A stretch of 64,000 nucleotides of DNA from an uncultured Isosphaeraceae bacterium (GCA_963842405.1 CAWJGW010000064.1:24781-88780); one strand, 5' to 3'. Counted from the stretch's first letter, positions 22,077 through 34,396 are shown. The notes: generated by a model not told the origin, from the letters alone. Numbers and translations: made by a program.

Positions 22077-23702
22077 ATGAAGTCGCTCTCGGTTGCGCAC
22101 GCCTGGATGGCTCTCGTTCGCGACCGCAAGGCCCGTGATCGGGCATGGTCGCCTTCATCGTGGTCGGTCGAGGACCTGGAGCCGCGGTTGGCACTCAGCG
22201 CGACCCCGGCCGCGGCGCCGGCCGTCCAGATGATCTCGGCGACCACCACGGACTCCAAGAGCGTCACGATCGAGTACCAGGTCAACCAACCGATCACCGC
22301 CGCGACGCCCCTCCAGTTCGGCGTCTACCGATCGAGCGACGGCCAGTTCGATTCGAGCGACGCCATGGTCGACACGTACACCCTGGTCCCGCCCGACTCG
22401 TCTTCGGGCCAGGCCGCGACGCTCGACCAGGCCGGCCAGCCGGCCACCGCCGTCGGTACCCACGAGCTGACCATCCCCTTGCCACAGGGCCTGCCGCCGT
22501 ATCCGGCGAAGCCTTATGTCCTGGTCGTCGCCGACCCCGGTTCGCCCTCCGCGACCGCCGAGCCACAACAGACCGCGTCGTTCCGCGTCTACACCATCGG
22601 GATCGTGACCCACGGCGGCATCCAGGACACGAGCTGGACACACGGGCCGCCCTGGCAGCTCCAGATCGCCTACGACCTGAAGCAAGAGGGCTTCGACTCG
22701 GTCATCCACTACAACTGGGTGCAGCAGAGCGGCACGCCCGGCGAGGCGATCAAGCAGTCGCCGAGGCTGGCGCGGATCATCCTCGGTACCGCCAACCGGT
22801 TCCCTGCAAACGCCGTGGTCAACCTCGAGTTCATCGGCCACAGCGAGGGGACGGTCGTCAACACCTATGCCATCGTCAAGCTCTCGACCGAGATGACTCC
22901 TCAGCTCACATCCGGCTTCATCGAGGACACTCTGCTGGATCCTCACGCCGCGAACAACGACCTTGTCTCCGGCAAGCAGATCAGCTATGCCGGACCGCTC
23001 GCCGGGCTGGCCCAGGCGATCGTCACCAATTACCAGGGCGAAGCGAAGGACCCGCCCGCGTACTTCCCCTCGATCGTCGACGAGGCCCAGGTCTTCTACG
23101 AGCACACCGCGGCCACGGCCGGTGGGATGTATAACCTCTGGGGCCAGGTCCCCGTCAAGAGCGACGGCCCCCTGGTGCATTACTACAACCTCACGCCCAG
23201 CGGAGTGACCCACTCGGGCAATACCGGAGTGGCCGAGTGGTACCGGAACTTCATCGTACCCACCCTGGGCAACCAGGCCCCGCTGGTCCAGGAGCTCCAG
23301 CTCAACGGCCAGATCGACAACGCCCAGACACCCGCGACGCCGGCCGTCACCGCGGCTGGCGGCGGGGGGGCCCTGGTGCGGCAGGCCAACGCGACCCACG
23401 CCGACCGCGCCTACGGGGCGGAGCAGGTCGTATCGACCAGCCAGCCCGAGTTCTCGGGTACGGCCGCGCCCGGCTCGGTCGTGCGGCTCTACGTCGGGCC
23501 CGCGACCAAGCCCTCGGCGATCAGGCTGGCCGGCTTGACCCGGGCCGACGAGACCGGCAACTGGTCGTTGACCACCCGTAGCCCCCTCCACGATGGACAG
23601 TACCGCACCGTCGTCACGGCGTTCTCACACGCCCTCAGCACCCGGCCCGGACTGAGGGTCGTCCCCACCCAGCCGCTGGGACGCCTCGTCGTCAACACAT
23701 AA
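22077..23702 (+). CDS. Secreted protein with lipase-type GxSxG (alpha/beta-hydrolase-like) core and C-terminal Ig-like domain
   Basis: ATG at 22077 (MKSLSVAHAW..). LEPRLALSA is a leader motif typical of planctomycete secreted proteins. FIGHSEGTVV is a nucleophile elbow. The C-terminus (PEFSGTAAPGSVVRLYV..TGNWSLTT..DGQYRTVVTA) resembles a bacterial Ig-like domain. The ORF is intact. Confidence 0.5.
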   Translation: MKSLSVAHAWMALVRDRKARDRAWSPSSWSVEDLEPRLALSATPAAAPAVQMISATTTDSKSVTIEYQVNQPITAATPLQFGVYRSSDGQFDSSDAMVDTYTLVPPDSSSGQAATLDQAGQPATAVGTHELTIPLPQGLPPYPAKPYVLVVADPGSPSATAEPQQTASFRVYTIGIVTHGGIQDTSWTHGPPWQLQIAYDLKQEGFDSVIHYNWVQQSGTPGEAIKQSPRLARIILGTANRFPANAVVNLEFIGHSEGTVVNTYAIVKLSTEMTPQLTSGFIEDTLLDPHAANNDLVSGKQISYAGPLAGLAQAIVTNYQGEAKDPPAYFPSIVDEAQVFYEHTAATAGGMYNLWGQVPVKSDGPLVHYYNLTPSGVTHSGNTGVAEWYRNFIVPTLGNQAPLVQELQLNGQIDNAQTPATPAVTAAGGGGALVRQANATHADRAYGAEQVVSTSQPEFSGTAAPGSVVRLYVGPATKPSAIRLAGLTRADETGNWSLTTRSPLHDGQYRTVVTAFSHALSTRPGLRVVPTQPLGRLVVNT

Positions 23703-23965
23703 GCCGCGTCCTGAGCGGGTCGTTTCGTATCGAGCGACATCGACCAACGCCGTGTGGGCATCGCACCGATGATCGTGGCGTAGGCTGGCGATGGTTCGCG
23801 CAGATTTCGGCGCCTCGCCGCATACTGTACATATATTCATAAAGATACTAGCTCGGCCTCCTCGCCCTCCCCAAGAACGCGACTTCCCGGGTATAGTGGG
23901 ACGGTCTTGTGGAAAGAGACCCCGTTGACAAAGCCGTCGGCCTGTCGAGGAAAGAGGTGAGGGCG

Positions 23966-26900
23966 ATGAGCGAGACGATCCGCGTCGACGAGTCGCTGGT
24001 CCAGAGGTTACCGACGCCCCTGGTCAAGCTCATCCGCCGCGCCCAGAACGCCAAGACACCCTTTGACCGACATCAGGACGCCTACTATCTCTGGGAGGCC
24101 AGTCTCAAACTTCTCGCTTCCGTCACCGTTGTCGAATACGCCGAGCTGAACGATCACGAGCCCAAGCTGGTGGCGATGCTCGAGAACCTCGCCCGGCCCA
24201 CGATTGGCCACTGGTGGGAGTTCACTCGCCGGTTAGTCCCGGTGCTGGCCGATGCGGGCGACGCGGGCTTCGTGCGAATTCGCGAGCTCCTTCTGGGTCG
24301 AGCCCGCGACGACTTGCCCCGCGCCGCCGGGTTGGACGCGGCCCTCATCGAACATCAGCAGGGCAAGGCGTCGGCCCGCTCGACCGTGCGGCTCACCGAG
24401 TTGTTCGACCACCTGGTCTCCTACCGCAACCAGGAGATCGGCCACGGAGCCGCGGGCCAGCGTCCCGGCCGGTTCTACGACCGGATGACCCGTTCGCTCC
24501 TGGGCGGCATGAGCGAGCTGCTGGGAGAGCTGGATGTCCTGGCGGGGCGTCGTCTGATGTACGTCGGCGAGGTGCGCCGACAGTCCACGGGCGACTGGCT
24601 GGTGGAGCGATACGAGCTGGCCGGCGAGTCGGCGCGGCGGGTGGAGTCGCTGACGTTGGCCGAGGGTCAGGAGGCCGCCTTGCCCCGCCCCGAGCGCGTC
24701 TACATCGAGCGGGCGGCATCCGGGGCCGCAGTCCGGCCGACCGACGCTCTTGTGCCTGAGCCCACTGGTCCACGCCCACCCCGAGACCGAGCAGTTCTTC
24801 TTCCTCAACGCGCGGCGGGGCCGGCGACAGGCCGAATACCTCTGCTATCATGACGGTGAGCAGTTGCGGCAGGACGTGGGGGCCGAGCAGCGCGAACTGC
24901 TGGCGCGGTACCTCCGGATGGGCAGTGGACGCCGAGGAGGTCGAGACGTGGGCGGCCCGGTCGCAGGCCGAGGAGCCGGCGGAGGACGCGTACGCGTCCA
25001 TGCCGGCGGAGCGGATGATCGGCGAGTATGAGCTGCTCAGCCGGCTGGGACAGGGCGGCATGGGCGTCGTCTACCGCGCCTGGCAGCCGTCGCTGGGGCG
25101 ACAGGTGGCGCTGAAGTGCATGCTCCGCAGCGGCGATCCCAAGGCCGAGGCCCGCTTCGCCCGCGAGATCCGGGCGCTGGGGCAGGTCGAGCATCCCGGC
25201 ATCGTCAAGGTCTTCACCTCGGGCTCGGAGGCCGACCAGTGGTTCTTCGTGATGGAGCTGGTCGAGGGAGCGGACCTGTCCAAAGTTTGCGAGCAACTGG
25301 CCGGCCGACCGGCGACGGAGGTCGACGACTCGACCTGGCAGGATGCGCTGTCGTCGGCGTACGCCCAGGTGCGCTCGCAAGAGAAAGCCTTGAGCAACTC
25401 GCAGCACGTCGCCGCGCGGTTGGACAAGGTGCGAGGCGAGACGTGAAGCCACCGCCGAGGTCGCAACGACAGTCGCGGAGAAGGCACCAGCCGGTGTCCG
25501 GGGTCCGGGCTACGTGGCGGAGGTCGTCGAGATCTTCCGGCGGGTGGCCGAGGCGGCGCATGCTCTGCACGAGGCCGGGGTGGTGCACCGCGACATCAAG
25601 CCCGGCAACATCATGATCACCGCCGAAGGCAGGGCGCCGGTGCTGATGGACCTGGGACTGGCTCAGCTCGCCGACGAGGCCGAGGGCCGCTTGACCCGCA
25701 CCCGGCAATTCGTGGGGACCTTGCGTTATGCCAGCCCGGAGCAAGTCCTGGCCGCCGGACGCATCGACCGCCGTAGCGACGTGTATAGCCTGGGCGCGAC
25801 CTTATGGGAGTTGTTGACCTTACGGTCCCTGTTTGGTGCCGGCGATGAAACGCCAACACACGAGCTGATGCTCAGGATTCAGACGACCGATCCCGAGCGG
25901 CCGCGACGGTACAACCGCGCACGTGCCGCGGGACCTGGAAGCGATCGTGCTCAAGTGCCTGGAGAAGGATCGCGCCCGTCGGTATTCCACGGCCGCCGAC
26001 CTCGCCGACGGATCTCGGCCGGTTCCTCTCCGGCGAACCGGTCGGCGCACAGCCGCCGAGCCTGACTTACCTGTCGGGGAAATTCGTCCGCCGATACCGA
26101 ACGCCCCTGGCCGTCGCCACGGTCGTGCTCGCGCTCTTGCTCGGCGGTACCGTCGCCGCATTCATCGGTATCGATCGGCAACGCCGGGCCGCCCTGGAGC
26201 GAACGACAAGCTTGTGAAGGAAGCCTATTTGAATCACATCGCCGTGGCGGAGCGGGAACTGACTCTCAACCAGGATGTGGACCTGGCGGGCCAACTACTG
26301 TCGGCGTGCCCGGAGCCGATGCGTGGGCTGGGAATGGCATTACCTGATGCGACTTCGCGATGGTGCCCGGCCCCCGCTCAAGGGACACGAGCGTGCGTTG
26401 TGGATGGCGGTGTTCAGCCCGGACGGCCGCCGCGTGGCCACCGCGAGCATCGACGGCACGGTGAAGGTCTGGGATACCGCATCCGGCCGTGAACTCTTGA
26501 CTTTTCGCGGACACGCCCTGCTCGGGATCTCGATCCCGGGCGTCCCCAACATCCCCGTGACGTGCCTGTCGTTCAGCCCGGACGGCCGGAAGATCGCCTC
26601 CGGAAGCTTCCGGCCCAATCCCGTGAACTTGCGAGAATCCCGCGGCGTCGTGAAGGTCTGGGAGGTCGAAGGCCGCCGCGAACTCATCTCGTTCGAGAAA
26701 CAGCGTGGCGTCGTCCTTTCGCTGGCGTATCAGTCCCGACGGCAAGCGAATCGCGTCCTCGAGCATCAACGAGGATAACACCTTCGTGGTCTGGGACGCG
26801 CAGTCCGGCGAGGTGGTCCAAGTGGTCCGTGGTCATACGAGCCACATCCACCGGCTGCGATACAGTCCGGACGGCCGCATCCTTGCCTCGTCGAGCACGG

Positions 26901-28237
26901 ATGGCTTCGGTGAAACTCTGGGACTCCGACGATTATCGGGAAATCCGGTCCATCGCGGCCCATCCCGCGCCGGTGACCGATGTGGCGTTCGCAGCCGACG
27001 GGATGCGTTTTGCCTCGGCCAGCAACGACGGCACCGTCGGCATCTGGGAAACGGCGACGGGCGTCGAGTTATCGAGGCTGCATGGACATACCGGCGCCGC
27101 CCTCGGCGTCTCGTTCAGCCCCGACGGCAACCGCATTGCCTCGAGAGGGTACGACAAGACGGTGCGGCTCTGGGACCCCGCGACCAGCGAGAATATCCTC
27201 ACGCTCCGCGGGCACAGCGATACGGTCTGGAGCGTCGCGTTCAGTCCCGACGGCCAGCAACTGGTCTCGGCCAGCTTCGACAAGGAGGCGCGGATCTGGG
27301 ATGCCTCGCCGGCACGAGGAAGCGGACCGGGCCCGGCTTGTTTACGATCACCGGACACACGGACCGCGTCAACAGCGTGGCCTTCAGCTCCGATGGCCGT
27401 TACCTCGCTTCGGGGAGCTGGGATTACACCGTGCGCCTCTGGGACGGCCATTCCGGCGCGGCGGTCCGGACGATGGAGGGCCACAAGGGGGCCGTCTTCA
27501 AGGTGGCGTTCAGCCCGGATGGTACGCGCCTCGCCTCGGCAAGCTGGGATCATAAGGTGAAGGTCTGGGACCCGTCAAGCGGGCAAGAGCTCCTGACGTT
27601 CTCGGGACACACGGCCCCGCTCCAAAGCGTGGCCTTCAGCCCGATAGCAAGCGGATCGTCTCGGGCGGTTTCGATGGCTTCATGATCGTCTGGGATGCGG
27701 AGACCGGCAAAGTGAAGGCCACCTGTGACGGCTTTGTCTTCCCCTTCCTGGCCATGGCGTTCAGCCCCGATGGACGGCGCATCGCCTCCGGGAGTACAGA
27801 CCGCTCCGTGCGGGTCTGGGACGCGGAGACCGGCAAGACTCAGCTCATCTTGAACGGACATGAGGCCGCGGTCCAGGGCGTGGCGTTCAGCCCCGATGGC
27901 GACTCGCCTCGCCTCGGCGAGCTGGGACCATACCGTGAAGGTCTGGGACGTGGGCTCGGAGCGGAAGCTGTTCACCCAGAGCAGGGAATTCCTGACCCTG
28001 AAAGGACACGATGACCGCGTGAATGGGGTCGCCTTCGCACCCGATGGCAAACACATCGCGTCCGCAAGCGACGATAAGACGATGCGATTGTGGAACGCGG
28101 AGACGGGTCGGGAAGTGCTTCCGCCGCGCCGACACCGCGGCGTGGTGTGGTCGGTCGCGTTCAGTCCGGACGGCCAACGCATCGCGACGGGCTGCTGGTC
28201 CAGCTCGGGCTGGGTGAAGACGTGGAAACTGGAATGA
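23966..28237 (+). CDS. Unknown N-terminal domain - Ser/Thr kinase - TM helix - WD40 repeat protein, frame-disrupted
   Basis: - ATG at 23966 follows AGAGGTGA.
- N-domain in ORF 23909..24853.
- Kinase in ORFs 24850..25446 ([20 protein letters not shown]) and 25514..26065 ([21 protein letters not shown]).
- TM helix ([21 protein letters not shown]).
- WD40 blades (FSPDG.R.AS.S.D.TV..WD) in ORFs 26275..26778, 26705..27685, 26562..27560, 27682..28014 and 27860..28237. Confidence 0.8.
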
Positions 28238-28342
28238 ACGGCCGGACCCGCCGGGTCTTTTCCTCGCTCCCATGCGAAGGCGTGGTAACGAGTTCACCCG
28301 GTATCCTTGCGACAGACTCAAAAGAAACTCGGGTGGCAAAGC

Positions 28343-28360
28343 TAGAGCGCTTCACGATTG
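28343..28360. repeat. Solo copy of the 18-bp MITE terminal repeat (TAGAGCGCTTCACGATTG)
   Basis: It differs at one base from the TIR of the 316-bp element at 41734..42049. No partner repeat was found nearby. Confidence 0.4.
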
Positions 28361-28747
28361 TGAGCGACTCAGCCGTCTCCGTTCCTCGAGGAGAGTCTCC
28401 GACTACGAGGCAGCGAATCGCGGCACCCACTTCAGCCGCCTCCATCTCCAAGGTGCGCGACGTCCATTCTCTGGCAGATGTCCATAGAGACGCGACGAGG
28501 GGAGCCGATCCGAGTCCATTGATGCGGCCATTTCCCGCTGGCCTGCACAGGGCAGAAGGGAGCACTTCGAACAGGATCGACGCCCTGGATTCCTGGTAAG
28601 CCGCCCGGACAGTCAATCCGCTGAGGCCGGGATTGACGGCCAGCATCGGGGAGCAAAAACACGAATGGCGCGGGAACCAGCCGAGGGGTCGCGAGGCGTG
28701 TCCGTCGCGCCCTCGAGGGATCGTTGCGACGCGCGGCTTCACGTCGA

Positions 28748-31700
28748 TCAGTGAGCGAACGGGTCGGCCGGGAAGGCCTCGTCGAGCTGGATCGTCTCGG
28801 CCTCGCGCAGCAACGCCTTCGCCGTACCTTGCGAGTCATCCAGATTCGGGATCACCTGGCGCAGCCGTTTCAAGGTATGGCGGGCCTCTTCGGAGTGACC
28901 CAGGCGGCTCTGGGCCATGGCCAGGAAGGCCAGGTAAATCCAATCCTTCTCCTTCTCCTTGTCCAGGACCGCTGCCCGCGTCAGAGACGTCAGCGCTTCG
29001 GCCACCAAACCGCAGCGGTACTGGGCCACCCCCAGGTCTTTGAGGACTTCGCCATTGTTGGGTTCGAGTCGCCAGGCTGCCTTGATCAGGCGCAAGCCTC
29101 GCTGGTAGCTCGCGTCCGGCTTTCCTGGCCAATAGACCAGATCGCAACCAGCGTTGTCGCAATCCATGGCCGATTCGGTCCAGGATGCCGCGAGCTCCAG
29201 GCACGCTGCCTGGACATGCGGATCGTCGGCCGGTTGGGCCCTGAGGGCGGCGATCACGTCCTCGCGGATCAGCAAGCTTGCGAACAGGGGCGAAATGATC
29301 GCGTCGGCTCCAGATCGGGTCGGCAGGAGGCCCAGGTAGAACCGGGCCGCGAACTCGTCTCCGATCTTCTTCGCCTCGTCGTATTCCCTGCGATAGCGTG
29401 CCAAGTCCGGACGCGTGAGGAGCCGGCGATAGTCCAGCTCCTCCGCATCCGGATGGAGAGCGATCAACTCAACGCGGTTGCCGACCGCGTGCGCGATCGA
29501 ACGACCGTCCGGGCTGATCGGGCTCGACCGGGTTTCCGGCGGCATCCGCGCGCCCTTCAACTCCTGTCCCGTCCGCGCGTCCCAGACCTTTGCCGTCTGT
29601 GTGTCCCGCACCCTCGCCGTGTTTTCCGGGGTGTCGAAGAACCCTAGATACATATTGTTGGATACGTCCACAATGATCCCCGACCCCCTGTCCCAAGCCC
29701 CCACGCGTTACCAATGCCGGTGACGATGCGCGAGCCGTCGGGGCTGAACGCCACGCTACCCACCGGGATGTCACTCTCCGGGGAGTTGGGACCGTGCTGC
29801 CCTTTGAGTTCGAGCAAGGCCATACCCGTCCGCGCGTCCCAGACCGTCGCCGTCGAGTCACCACCACCGGTGACGATGCGGGAGCCGTCGGGGCTGAACG
29901 CCACGCTCCAAACACCTCTCGTGTGCCCTTGGAGTTCCAGCAGAGCTGTGCCTGTCCGCGCGTCCCAGACCTTCGCCGGCCCGTTACTACTGCCGGTGAC
30001 GATGCGGGAGCCGTCGGGGCTGAACGACGCGCTTCTCACCGCATTCTTGTGCCCGATGAGATCGAGCGAGGCCGAGCCCGTCCGCGCGTCCCAAACCTTC
30101 GCCGTCCCGTCCACACTGCCGGTGACGATGCGGGAGCCGTCGGGGCTGAACGACACCCACCGGACCGGGCTCGTGTGCCCCTTGAGCTCGAGCACCGGCG
30201 GTATCGCCCGCGCATCCCAGACCCTCGCCGTCCCGTCGTCACCGCCGGTGACGATGCGGGAGCCGTCGGGGCTGAACGACGCGCTCTCCACTCCCCCGCT
30301 ACCTTTGAGGTTGAAAAGGGGCGAGCCCGTCCGCGAGTCCCACAACGTCGCCGCCCCGTCAGAACCGCAGGCGAGGATGCGGGAGCCGTCGGGGTTGAAC
30401 AACGCGCTCGTCACGTCACGACTGGGCCCGGTGAGCTCGAGCAAGGCGGCGCCCGTCCGCGCGTCCCACACCTTTGCCGTATCGTCCGAGCCGATGACGA
30501 TGCGAGAGCCGTTGGGGGCGAACGACGCGCTGTAAAACCAGCCCTTCTGGCCCTCGAGCTCGAGCAGGGCGCGCCCCGGTCCGTGCGTCGCACACCTTCG
30601 CCGGCCCGTCAGGACCGCCGATGAGGATACGCGAGCCGTCCGGGCTGAACGAGCCCCTGCCCCCTTTGAGCTCGAGCAGGAATGAGCCCGTGCGCGCATC
30701 CCAAACCTTCACCTCGGCACTGACGGTGAGGATGCGCGAGCCGTCGGGGCTGAATGAAGCCGTGTGGACCGCGCCTGTGTCCCCTTTGAGTTTGAGCGCG
30801 GCGGCGCCCGTCCGCGCATCCCAAATCTCCATTCTCCCGTCGCGACAGACGGCGAGGATGCGGGAGCCGTCGGGGCTGAACGACGCGCTCCGCGCCCGCT
30901 CGTGTACTGGGAGTTCGAGCAAGGCGGCGCCCGTCCGCGCGTCCCAGACCTTCGCCGTCGTCGCTCTGTCCTGACTGTCGGTGGGGAGGCGGCAGGTGAC
31001 GATGCGCGAGCCGTCCGGGCTGAACGCCACGCTCCGAACAAGGCCCTTGTGCCCGATGAGATCGAGCGAGGCCGAGCCCGTCCGCGCGTCCCAGACCATC
31101 GCCGTCCCGTCGTCGCTTCCGGTGGCGATGAGCGAGGCGTCGGGGCTGAACAACGCGCTTGTCACTTCGCCCGTGGGCCCTTTGATTTCGAACAAGGGCT
31201 CGCCCGTCCGCGAGTCGCAAACCTTAATGTTGGCGACGTTACCGTGGTTACTTCTGGTGAGGTTACTGGTGAGGATACGCCGGCCGTCCGGGCTGAACCA
31301 GCCGCCAAGGTTCCCTTTGAGCTTGAGCAGGAGTGAGCCCGTGCCGCATCCCAAACCTTCACCTCGGCACTGCCGGTGAGGATGCGCGAGCCGTCGGGGC
31401 TGAACGACGCGCTCAGAAGCATCCACTCGTGCCCTTTCAGTTCGAGCAAAGCCGTCCCCGTCCGCGCGTCCCAGACCTTCGCCGTCTTGTCCCAACTGCC
31501 GGTGAGGATGCGGGAGCCGTCGGGGCTGAACGACGCGCTGCTCACATAGCCCTTGTGCCCGCTGAGCTCGAGCAAGGCCAAGCCCGTCCGCGCGTCCCAG
31601 ACCTTCGCCGTCCGGTCCCGACTCCCGGTGAGGATGCGGGAACCGTCGGGGCTGAACAACGCGCTCGTCACCGCGCCCATGTGCCCGTTGAGCTGGAGCA

Positions 31701-33698
31701 AGGCCGAGCCGGTCCGCGCGTCCCAGACCTTCGCCGTCCCATCATCACTGCCGGTGACGATGCGGGAGCTGTCGGGGCTGAACGACGCGCTGCCCACCGC
31801 GCCCATGTGCCCGTTGAGGTCGAGCAAGGCCGTCCCCGTTCGCGCGTCCCAGACCTTCGCCGTCCGGTCCCGACTGCCGGTGACGATGCGCGACCCGTCG
31901 GGGCTGAACGACACGCTCGCCACGGTGCCTGTGTGTCCATACAGGGTGAACAGGCCGCCGCGCGTTTGCTGCTTCAAGTCGCGCCATTCCCATCCGCGCT
32001 GGCCCGGGGGCACGTCGTCCAGCCATTCGGCGGCCGTGAGCACTTCGCCCGCGTCGTACGCGATTCTCGCCTGGACCATCTGGCTGACGCCCAGCCGATA
32101 CTTGAGATCGTCGGCGCGGTCGTTGGCGGTCTGGAGGGCCAGGTCACGTTCCTCGGCGCGTTCGCCCGCTTTCTTCAGGGCTTCGTCGCGTTCCTTGACA
32201 CGCACGGCCTCCCGGAATAATCCCCATGTGGTCCCCGCAATGCCGGCCAGGAGGGCCAGCACGACCAGGATGGCGGCGATCACCGCGCCGCGGTGCTTCC
32301 GGACGAACTTCCGCAGCCGGTAGGCCCGGCTCGGCGGCGCCGCCAGCACCGGCTCATGCGCCAGGTGCCGCAGGATATCGGCCGCGAACCCGTTGGCCGT
32401 CTCGTACCGCCGGCCGCGGTCCTTCTCCAGCGCCTTCATCGCGATCCAGTCGAGGTCCCCGCGCACGCGCCCGTTTGAGTTGCTCCGGCTCGATGGCGCG
32501 GCTGGCCGCGATGCTGGGCAGGGCGTCGGCGGTGCTCACCTTGGTGCTCGGCCGGGGTGGGTCGACCTCCCGCACCATCCGCAGCATCTCCAGGATCGCC
32601 CCCCGCTTGAAGTCCTTCGCCTCGAGCGGCGGCGAGCCGGCCAGCAGCTCGTAGAGGATCACGCCCAGGGCGTAGACGTCGGTGCGGGTGTCGATGTCCA
32701 TCGACGACGGGTCGGCCTGCTCCGGCGACATGTACGCCGGGGTGCCGACGATGGCGCCGGTGTCGGCCAGGCTCTGGTCGGTGAGCTGGAACCCGGTCGC
32801 CTTGGCGACGCCGAAGTCGATGACCTTGGGGGTGGGCCGGCCGTCGACCTCGGCGACCAGGACGTTGGAGGGCTTGAGGTCGCGATGGATGATCCCCTTC
32901 TGGTGGGCGTGTTGCACCGCCTGGCAGACGGAGACGAACAATTCGAGGCGGGCCGGGACCGGGAGCCGAAGGGCGTCGCAGTACTCGGTAATCGGGACGC
33001 CGCTGACCAACTCCATCACGAAGAACGGCTGACCGGTCGCGGTGGTGCCGCCGTCGTAGACGCGGGCGATGTTGGGGTGGTCCATCAGGGCCAGCGCCTG
33101 GCGCTCGGCGTCGAACCGGGCCAGCACCGCGCGCGAATCCATGCCGACCTTGATCAGCTTGAGCGCCACCTGCGCCTGACCGGTTGGGTTTGCTCGGCCC
33201 GATAGACGGTGCCCATCCCCCCCTCGCCCAGGACCTCGAGCAGCGTGTACCGCCCGGCGATGACCTGGCCGATCCCTTCGCCCGTCGGGGCCCTTGCCGC
33301 GCGGGCGCGGGGGCCGCCGATGCCCATGCCGAGGTGGCATCGGCATCGGTGTGGGCAAACGCCTCCGTCGCCCCATCGGGCAGGTACTCCCCGGTCACGA
33401 TCGCCGGCGACGCAGGCGGCGCGTCCGGGTCAAACGCGTCGGGGGCGGACCTTCCGACCGGGAGATCGACGGTCCCGGGATGGCTGGGTACCGACGTCGA
33501 GGCGGCGTGCGCCGGGGTGGGTGATGGGGGTTCGAGGATGCTGTCGGGGTCGGCGTTTGCGACCAGCAGTCGAGCGACCTCGGCCCGCAGTTCGGCATCC
33601 TCTCCGCAGGCGTCGGCCAGGAAGCCGGACCGCTCTTCGGGTGAGCGTTCGAGGGCGGCGAGGAAGACGTCGCGGACGCGATTCGGATCAGCGGGCAT
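28748..33698 (-). CDS. Ser/Thr kinase - TM helix - about 18-20 WD40 blades - C-terminal TPR-like domain protein, frame-disrupted
   Basis: - ATG at 33696..33698 follows AGGAGG.
- N-terminus [17 protein letters not shown].
- Kinase in ORF 32354..33376 ([27 protein letters not shown]).
- ORF 31162..32466 has the TM helix plus WD40 blades ([35 protein letters not shown]).
- More blades in ORFs 30416..31495 and 29644..30699.
- C-terminal domain in ORF 28748..29704. Confidence 0.8.
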
Positions 33699-33817
33699 GA
33701 TTTGACCTCCTGGTTCACCCTTCAATGCGGATTTCCCGCCGGTCGAGCGATTCGGATCAGCGGGCATGATTTGACCTCCTGGTTCACCCTTCAATGCGGA
33801 TTTCCCGCCGGTCGAGT
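33680..33817. repeat. 69-bp tandem duplication (2 copies, 68/69 identical) covering the kinase RBS and start codon
   Basis: Copy 33680..33748 matches copy 33749..33817. Each contains (minus strand) AGGAGGTCAAATC-ATG-CCCGCTGATCCGAATC. Confidence 0.9.
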
Positions 33818-33835
33818 CTCAACAATCTCCAAAAG

Positions 33836-34396
33836 TTATTTTCCCGACCCATCGGCGAGACGGGAGGTCAACCAGGCCCGGGCGTAAGTCCATACTCGGA
33901 AAGCGGTTGCACGGGAAACGCCGAGAGCTTCGCCCGCCTCTTCGACGGAGAGACCGCCGAAGACCCGCAGTTTCGCCAGTTCGGCGGCCGTCGGATCGAT
34001 CGCCGCGAACCGGGTCAGGGCGTCGTCGAGGTCGATCCAGCGGTCGGGGTCGAAGCCGCCAGCCGGCAGGTGATCCGGGTCGAGGTCGGCCCGCGCCGGG
34101 CGGTCGCCGCGCTTCTCCGCCCGTTTCGCCCGGGCGTGGTTGACCAGAATGCGACGCATGGCTTCGGCGGCGGCCGCAAAGAAGTGACCGCGGCCGTCGA
34201 ACTGTTGATCCCCGACCAGCCGCAGGTAGGCCTAGTGAACGAGGGCGGTAGCGTCGAGGGTGTGGCCGGGGGCTTCGGCGGCCAGGCGTGCGGCGGCGAG
34301 CTTCCGTAACTCGTCATAGACGAGCGGCAGCATGTCGGCGGCGGCTCGGCGGTCGCCGGCTTTGGCAGCTTCGAGGAGACGGGTCAAATCCGACAT
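33836..34396 (-). pseudogene. ECF-type RNA polymerase sigma factor (Sigma70_ECF family) with an in-frame TAG
   Basis: [75 protein letters not shown].., ending in an HTH (LSVEEAGEALGVSRATAFRVW). The TAG at 34232..34234 sits where this family normally has VHEAYLRL (GAG to TAG). It lies directly upstream of, and co-directional with, the kinase-WD40 gene. Confidence 0.75.

Noticed and set aside
29644-31950. A regular 126-nt periodic repeat that might suggest a CRISPR array or satellite.
   Set aside because: The period equals one 42-aa WD40 blade. The whole unit is coding and there is no short repeat/unique spacer alternation. No cas genes are present in the window.
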